From: Bigelowiella natans CCMP2755
Lineage: Eukaryota; Protista; Cercozoa
Direction of reading: 5' to 3'
NCBI GenBank assembly: GCA_000320545.1
Contig: ADNK01002141.1
Span: 1-61,950, forward strand
Length of the DNA: 61,950 nucleotides
The position numbers and the translations under genes are program-made. Within the stretch, counting starts at the first letter, position 1. Every line of letters starts with the position of its first letter. This document shows, piece after piece, positions 56,204 through 61,950 of this stretch. Below the pieces are notes generated by a model. The model saw only the letters and a list, made by a program, of their open reading frames with translations. It ran no database searches and had not been told where the DNA came from.

Positions 56204-59200
56204 CTCTTGATGGTGTTGGCTTAGATTTCAGCGCTGCTCTAATCACTATTTCAACACCTTTTTCTCCATTTGGAGACAAGATGAAAGGATTCACAAAGAC
56301 TGTGCGGTAATAGTGAGAGAAGTAGATCATGATGATGATGATGGTGATGATGATTATGATGGCAATTAAAGCAACATCTGGAAGGAGTATAATTAGGAGT
56401 AAAATATATGGAGATGAGGAGGAGGAAGAAATAATTATGATGATAATAATAATAATAATAATAATAATAATAGCATCAAGTAGAAGTAGTTAATAGTAGT
56501 AGCCAAGCGTAGATCAATAAACAAGAGCATTGAGACTGATTAGAATCAATGGATGGTAGGAACAAATGATTTGAAGACTATTTCGAATTACTACAGTATA
56601 GATACTAGATTAGAGAGAAATTCACACAACAACGCAATGCAATGCAATATCCCAACCAATACCACTCTATTATTAACTACTACTAATTATTACTAAAACT
56701 ACTACTTTCCATTATATTATATTATTTATTTATTAGAGGTGTACTTAATGATGGAGGTCTTCCTGGTGAGTATCAATACTATTTCGCAGGGGCTGCTGTG
56801 TGGATGGTATGTGTATTATTATTCAATCGATTTGCATTAGCTGTAGTAGTAGTATTCGTAGTAGTGATAGAACAAGAACAAGAAACAATCTTTTGTAATA
56901 AAAACTAACATTAATGACAATTAATAATATATCTTTAGTACTACGGAGAAGAAGTAAATAGTATTGACATTTCCGCAAACACTCCAGCATCTACTTTTTC
57001 TTCTTCTCTTTTAGTGACTCTTCTCCTACCATTTCTCCCACTACTTCCTACTACTACTACTACTACTACTACTACTCTACAACAACTAAATAATGCATGC
57101 ATTAACTGCTGGCTCCTACCAGGTTGATGTGACAAATCTCACGTTTGAGCTATTTCCTTACATAATACTTGGTAATCATATCATCGATCCTACTCACAGA
57201 GAACAACACATACCATATACTATGTTATAATACGTTAGTCTCTACTTCCTACTTCTTGTGATTGTTATTAACTTTAACGTTTGTGGTTTGTGTATGGTGG
57301 TGGTGGTGGCTCTCTCTCTCTCTCCCTCTGTGTGTGTGTGTGTGTGTGTGTTGGGGTATTTTTGTGTTGAACGATAATCTACCAGTATAGTAGTAGAAGT
57401 AGTAGTAGTAGTAAACATGTGATGAATTTTACATTATTAAGATACCCAACTCACACTATTTGTCTAATAAATCGTAGTGGAAGTGGTAGTTGTAGGATAC
57501 TGATTTGATAAATGACACAATTATTGGGATATACATATTATATATGTGTATATATATTTACGTGTTGGTGTGTGCGTATTATATAATATGAATCAATCAG
57601 CAACGGTCTTGGCTATATTTTTTATGATATCCTTTCTGCTAATGTCAGCTTTTATACCTATACGGTGGGTATTAACAAATGATGCAATAATGATGCAATA
57701 ATGATGATAATGATGATAATCCTATACGGTGGGTATTAACAAATAATGCAATAATGATGATAATGATGATGATAATGATGGAAAGACCCTCTCTTCAAAG
57801 TTTCATTTTCCAGATAATCTTTTTGTTGAATGATTACTACTACATGCCACTACAACTACATGTTACTTACTTACTACATGCTACCACTACTACCATCTTT
57901 TTCTTACTCCCTAGCCGCACTGATTTAACTCAAAACGACTATTCCTTTCCTCCTCCTCCACCTCCTCCTATTACTACTACTACTACTACTACTACTACTA
58001 CATAGGTATGCATTGACTCTGGTGTTTCCTCTAAGTTTCATCTTTGGAGTTGCAGTATTAATTTACCAGGTATTATTATTTCGATAGAAACAAGAAGAAC
58101 CATCAGTAACAAACAACAACACACAAAATACTACTACCACTACTACTACTACTACTACTACTGCTGCTGCTGCTACAACGACGTGTTATCCAACTACTAA
58201 TTCCAATCCTATGCTAATTCTACTAACACTATATGTGGTTTTCATCATCATCAACAACAACAACAACATCATTATCATTAACTGACTCATTGATTAATTA
58301 TTGCACTCGCCCTTTTGTCATTTTCGTAGAAAGGAGTGTTGAATGGTTTAAACTGGGCAGCTGTGGGAGGAGTTGATGGTGCACTACTTCTACCACACAC
58401 ACACACACACACACACACGCACGCACTCAGAACCATCACTTCTACAACCTAAAGTATTATGTGATCTCAACCTTACATTCAAATCACTTTTACTACTACT
58501 ATTACTGTATACTACTACTGCTTTTCATCTTCTTCTTTATCTTGTTCTTCTTCTTCTTCTTCTTTACCTATCATCAGCTATGTATTGGCTATCGCCTATC
58601 ATCACCTTTCCGATATGTACTGGGCTTGCTTTAGACTATGATATCTTCCTTATGTGCAGGTCAAAGTTTGTTGAATGATGATGATTATTATGATGATCAT
58701 GATCATGAGAAAAGAAATAGACAATTTGTGTTTTAATTTATTACTCCATGCGCAATCCCACAAGCATTTATATTTAGTGTTTCCTCTGTTGTTCACTGGT
58801 TTGATGGTGTTGTTAGAGTCGCCGAATATCGATTGGAAGGATATACGAATAGAGCCTCGATCCTTAAGGTGATAGATTAACATAGATGGATGCATAGAAG
58901 TGATAGATATAGGTATAGACATATTGAGATAGATATACATAGATATGGCTAACAGTGATAGACATAGTAGGCATAGATATGCGCTGCTGATGATGATGTT
59001 GATATGTAATGTGTTCACACATCGATGACATCTGACATTGTAGTATTTACAGGCTGTACACGAGACTGGAGGCATAATCACAGCTGCAGGAATCATCATG
59101 GCTATAGCTTTCGGTGGAATGTTGTTCTCAACAACCGACACGTATTATTGTTAAACAGATCGTCTACTCCACAACCGACACATACTACCGTTAAAAACAC

Positions 59201-60319
59201 ATCATTTATTAATTTAAATGAGTTGATTGTACGTGAAGAGAAAAGAGCAGCAGCAGCAGCAGTAGAAAAATAGGAGCGGGAGGAGGAGGAAGCTTGTGAA
59301 TGATCTGATGATAATACTTATAATGATGACCCTACGCTCGATTAATGTTATTTTACTTCATTTTTTTTCATATTTTTTTTTCTTTTTCATCATCATCGTC
59401 ACCTTCATCGTTGTCGTGATTTATAGTGTGTATTCGATCAACCAACCTACCAACAACAATCAGATTAAACCAAATTGCATGGATTCTATTCTCTTCGGTG
59501 TTGTTTGATACTTTCGTCGTCAGAACGGTAATATTTTTATAGTTTTGTATTCGTAGTAGTAGTAGTAGTAGAAGTAGTAGTAGTAATAGTAGTAGGTGGT
59601 GGTGGTGGTGTTTTGCATCGTACATATAGATAGATTATCAAAACGCGTTCTCTGTTTTCAAATCAATGAACATGACAAAATACATGTAGGTCTTTCTCGA
59701 CGGCAAGTAGTTGTGTGTTTTTTTAGAGGATGGACATCCTTCTAGTTAGTTAGTAGTAATGTGTTGTAAATTGTTTTTCCTTGTAAGCAACGATGCTGAT
59801 GAATTTGTTGTGGCTGCTGCTACTACTACTACTACTCATTTGTGTAGGTACTAGTTCCTGCTGTTCTGACTCTGGCAGCTCGTGTTAACTGGTAGTAGTA
59901 GTAGTGGTAGTAGTAGTAGTATGCAATTATGTCAACTGCTAGTATAGAATAAGTAGTATTGTGCAATTCTATCGACGGTGGAACATCAATTGGTTAATCT
60001 TTTTCTTTAAAAACTTGATGAAATGCCAGGTGGCCAAGAAAAGTGCCTCAGGGAAAATTAATGGATGAATTTGGAAATGAAGCAACAGACGAATCGAAAG
60101 GTGTTTTATTATATCAGATAGATTGCTTTATGACAAGAATAGAACGGCATGAAATTTCTTCATCGATGACACATCACACATCCCTGACGAATTTTTCATT
60201 GGTTGCATGTAGATCAAGCATTGCTTTCAGTAAATGGTTCTTCGCCAAAAGCAGCAGGTTCATGTTTGGGTCCATGTTTGGAGTGTGATGTACTAAAGTG
60301 TATCGTAAACTCTTTGTGA
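48643..60319 (+). CDS. MMPL-family (RND superfamily) membrane transporter, two homologous halves, many introns
   Basis: N-terminal TM KAKWFIIVFWLIILGLG. Half 1: IALSIDYSLFLLTRYRFE, AVREAVFHAGEVVFMSGLTL, NLTMTPALL. Half 2: GLALDYDIFLMCRVAEYR, AVHETGGIITAAGIIMAIAFGGMLFS, LFDTFVVRTVLVPAVLTLAARVNWWPRK. 3' end approximate. Confidence 0.88.
57657..57760 (+). repeat. 64-bp-period duplication of a 5' splice site of the MMPL gene
   Basis: cctatacg|gtgggtattaacaaat at 57657 and 57721. Confidence 0.9.
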
Positions 60320-60600
60320 TTTTTGCACAATGATGTGATCGATTCCATATTAATGTCGTAATTTAGTCGTTTGAGTCAAGGAGTCATTATCTTTTTAGAT
60401 TTCCCAAATCTGTTGATCGTTCTCTTACTTAGTTCCAGCGATGGTGTATAAATGAGATCAAATTTTTGTTGCAACAGAGGGTGATGGACATTGGAATCTG
60501 TGAGGCGGACTAGCGGATTGTGACAATTGCAAAGTGAAGAACGAAAAATGAGAGTTACAATCGTTAAAAGAGTTCTCACCGTTGCAAATCTACATCAGAC

Positions 60601-61592
60601 GCATTTTGAACAAAATTTGTTGAATTTCATGTCGACAGAAGCGACTGTCAACATGGAGGCATTTCACTGGGCCAATGACTTGGCGTTGATGCGTGAGACG
60701 CGATGTCGTGTGCCATTTGGTTTTCCTCCGCGATGTTTGTCTAGTTCAGTGCTCATGACTGTGAACAGTCTTGCACTTCTAGACTTGTTGGAATGTTGCA
60801 CTTCATCCTGACATGTGGAGCGCGCATTGTGAATCACATGAAATTCTGAACAGTGCACGCGTAGCAACCAACATCAACATGCACGGGGCTTCATCATTCA
60901 GCAAAGCTGCTCTGGGGCAATTGTCAAGATTCAATTGGAATTTGGGTTAGCAATGAGAAAGAGAACAAACACAACCAAGCAAATTGATTGCACAGCTTGG
61001 TCAAACCTGCAACAAGTTTTGTGCTTCAGCAAACACTGCGCGAGCTTTTGAAAGCGATCAGAAGCTTCAGCTCGCAGTGGGAAAATGAGACACGTTCCCA
61101 TGCAGCTGTGATTTCCATTCGTGTGTGCACAAGCTTGCGCATTTGAAACCTGCGCAATTCCTTTTCGCAAAAACAGCGTTTTGAGCCTACCTAGCTAGCT
61201 AGCTGCACACGATGTTGACAAGTTTTCGGTTGCTTGCTCCATCAAAAATGACAGTTGACGTTCGGACAGGGGTGAGGGGTTGGGGGTCAGCTAGGTCAGG
61301 GGTTGGTGATCAAGGGTCAGGGATCAGGGGTCATGGCTCGGGTTGGGGGCAAAATCACACAGCAAACTCCTGGCGTCTTTCCACCATTTCTTTGCTTCTC
61401 CTCTTTTCCCATTGCACTTTGGCATCGTGATTGGAGTTGTTTTCACAGATGCGAATTGCGTGTTCCTCTGCATCGGTTGCTGTGTGAATGGTCCAGAGGC
61501 AACTCCCCACGAAGTTCCCTGGTTTCCTTCGCTGTGCAACACTTCCTTCCATTCCTCAGGCATGTCAAACTTCTGCATTTCTCGTTTGTTGT
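60601..61592. other. Subtelomeric region almost devoid of TpA
   Basis: 9 TA in 60601-61690: 6 CTAG plus GTAG, TTAG, CTAC. Confidence 0.92.
61266..61349 (+). repeat. Internal degenerate telomere-like tract (~7-bp units GGGGTCA/GGGGTTG)
   Basis: caggggtgaggggttgggggtcagctaggtcaggggttggtgatcaagggtcagggatcaggggtcatggctcgggttggggg. Confidence 0.7.
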
Positions 61593-61760
61593 GGTTCAGG
61601 TTTGGGGTCAGGTTCATGGTTGGGTTCAGGGTCAGGTTCAGGGTTGGGTTCAGGGTCAGGTTTGGGGTCGGGTTCAGGGTCAGGTTCAGGGTTAGGTTCA
61701 GGGTCAGGTTCACGGTCAGGTTCAGGGTCAGGTTCACTGTCAGGTTCAGGGTTAGGGTTG
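61593..61760 (+). repeat. Telomere variant repeats, 28 hexamers, largely 12-bp period GGTTCA-GGGTCA
   Basis: In register with the terminal GGGTTA array; unit endings are 20 TCA, 5 TTG, 1 TCG, 2 TTA. Confidence 0.95.
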
Positions 61761-61947
61761 GGGTTAGGGTTAGGGTTAGGGTTAGGGTTAGGGTTAGGGT
61801 TAGGGTTAGGGTTAGGGTTAGGGTTAGGGTTAGGGTTAGGGTTAGGGTTAGGGTTAGGGTTAGGGTTAGGGTTAGGGTTAGGGTTAGGGTTAGGGTTAGG
61901 GTTAGGGTTAGGGTTAGGGTTAGGGTTAGGGTTAGGGTTAGGGTTAG
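61761..61947 (+). repeat. Telomere (TTAGGG)n, G-rich strand running toward the chromosome end
   Basis: About 31 perfect repeats at the window end. Confidence 0.99.
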
Positions 61948-61950
61948 ATT

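Noticed and set aside
56766-56789. 24-nt GTGAG...CAG apparent mini-intron
   Set aside because: In frame and encodes GEYQYYFAG, which fits the MMPL strand-plus-Gly segment before the next transmembrane helix; probably coding.
61324-61737. ORFs with NLTL or VQGQ repeats
   Set aside because: Translations of telomere variant repeats; only 61351-61590 is non-repetitive.
1-61950. tRNA/rRNA genes and intact transposons
   Set aside because: No cloverleaf, rRNA-like sequence, LTR/TIR pair or intact transposase/RT frame recognised by eye; a covariance-model scan would be needed to exclude small ncRNAs.

Overview
Eukaryotic chromosome end: about 60 kb of intron-rich, microsatellite-laden genes followed by a subtelomere and a (TTAGGG)n telomere. 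I assembled nine genes by hand from GT-AG exons, so internal boundaries are approximate. They are: an RRM+TPR protein (-, runs off the left edge); methionine synthase reductase with two flavodoxin domains (-); three proteins with signal-plus-transit-like leaders (+, -, +; the last has an EF-hand); a USP deubiquitinase with a PHD finger inserted in its catalytic domain (-); a multi-C2H2 zinc-finger protein (+); an ankyrin-repeat protein (-); and an MMPL/RND transporter (+). The bipartite leaders and a green-lineage-like plastid membrane protein suggest an alga with a secondary green plastid, most plausibly a chlorarachniophyte (inference). The standout signal is non-genic. The spacers downstream of genes and the subtelomere have lost most TpA dinucleotides except in CTAG, with matching excess TG/CA. 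Internal repeats and old telomere repeats show the direction TA->TG/CA. This looks like a context-specific A-to-G hypermutation process (TAH->TGH, TAG protected), the mirror image of fungal RIP, acting on intergenic and subtelomeric DNA.
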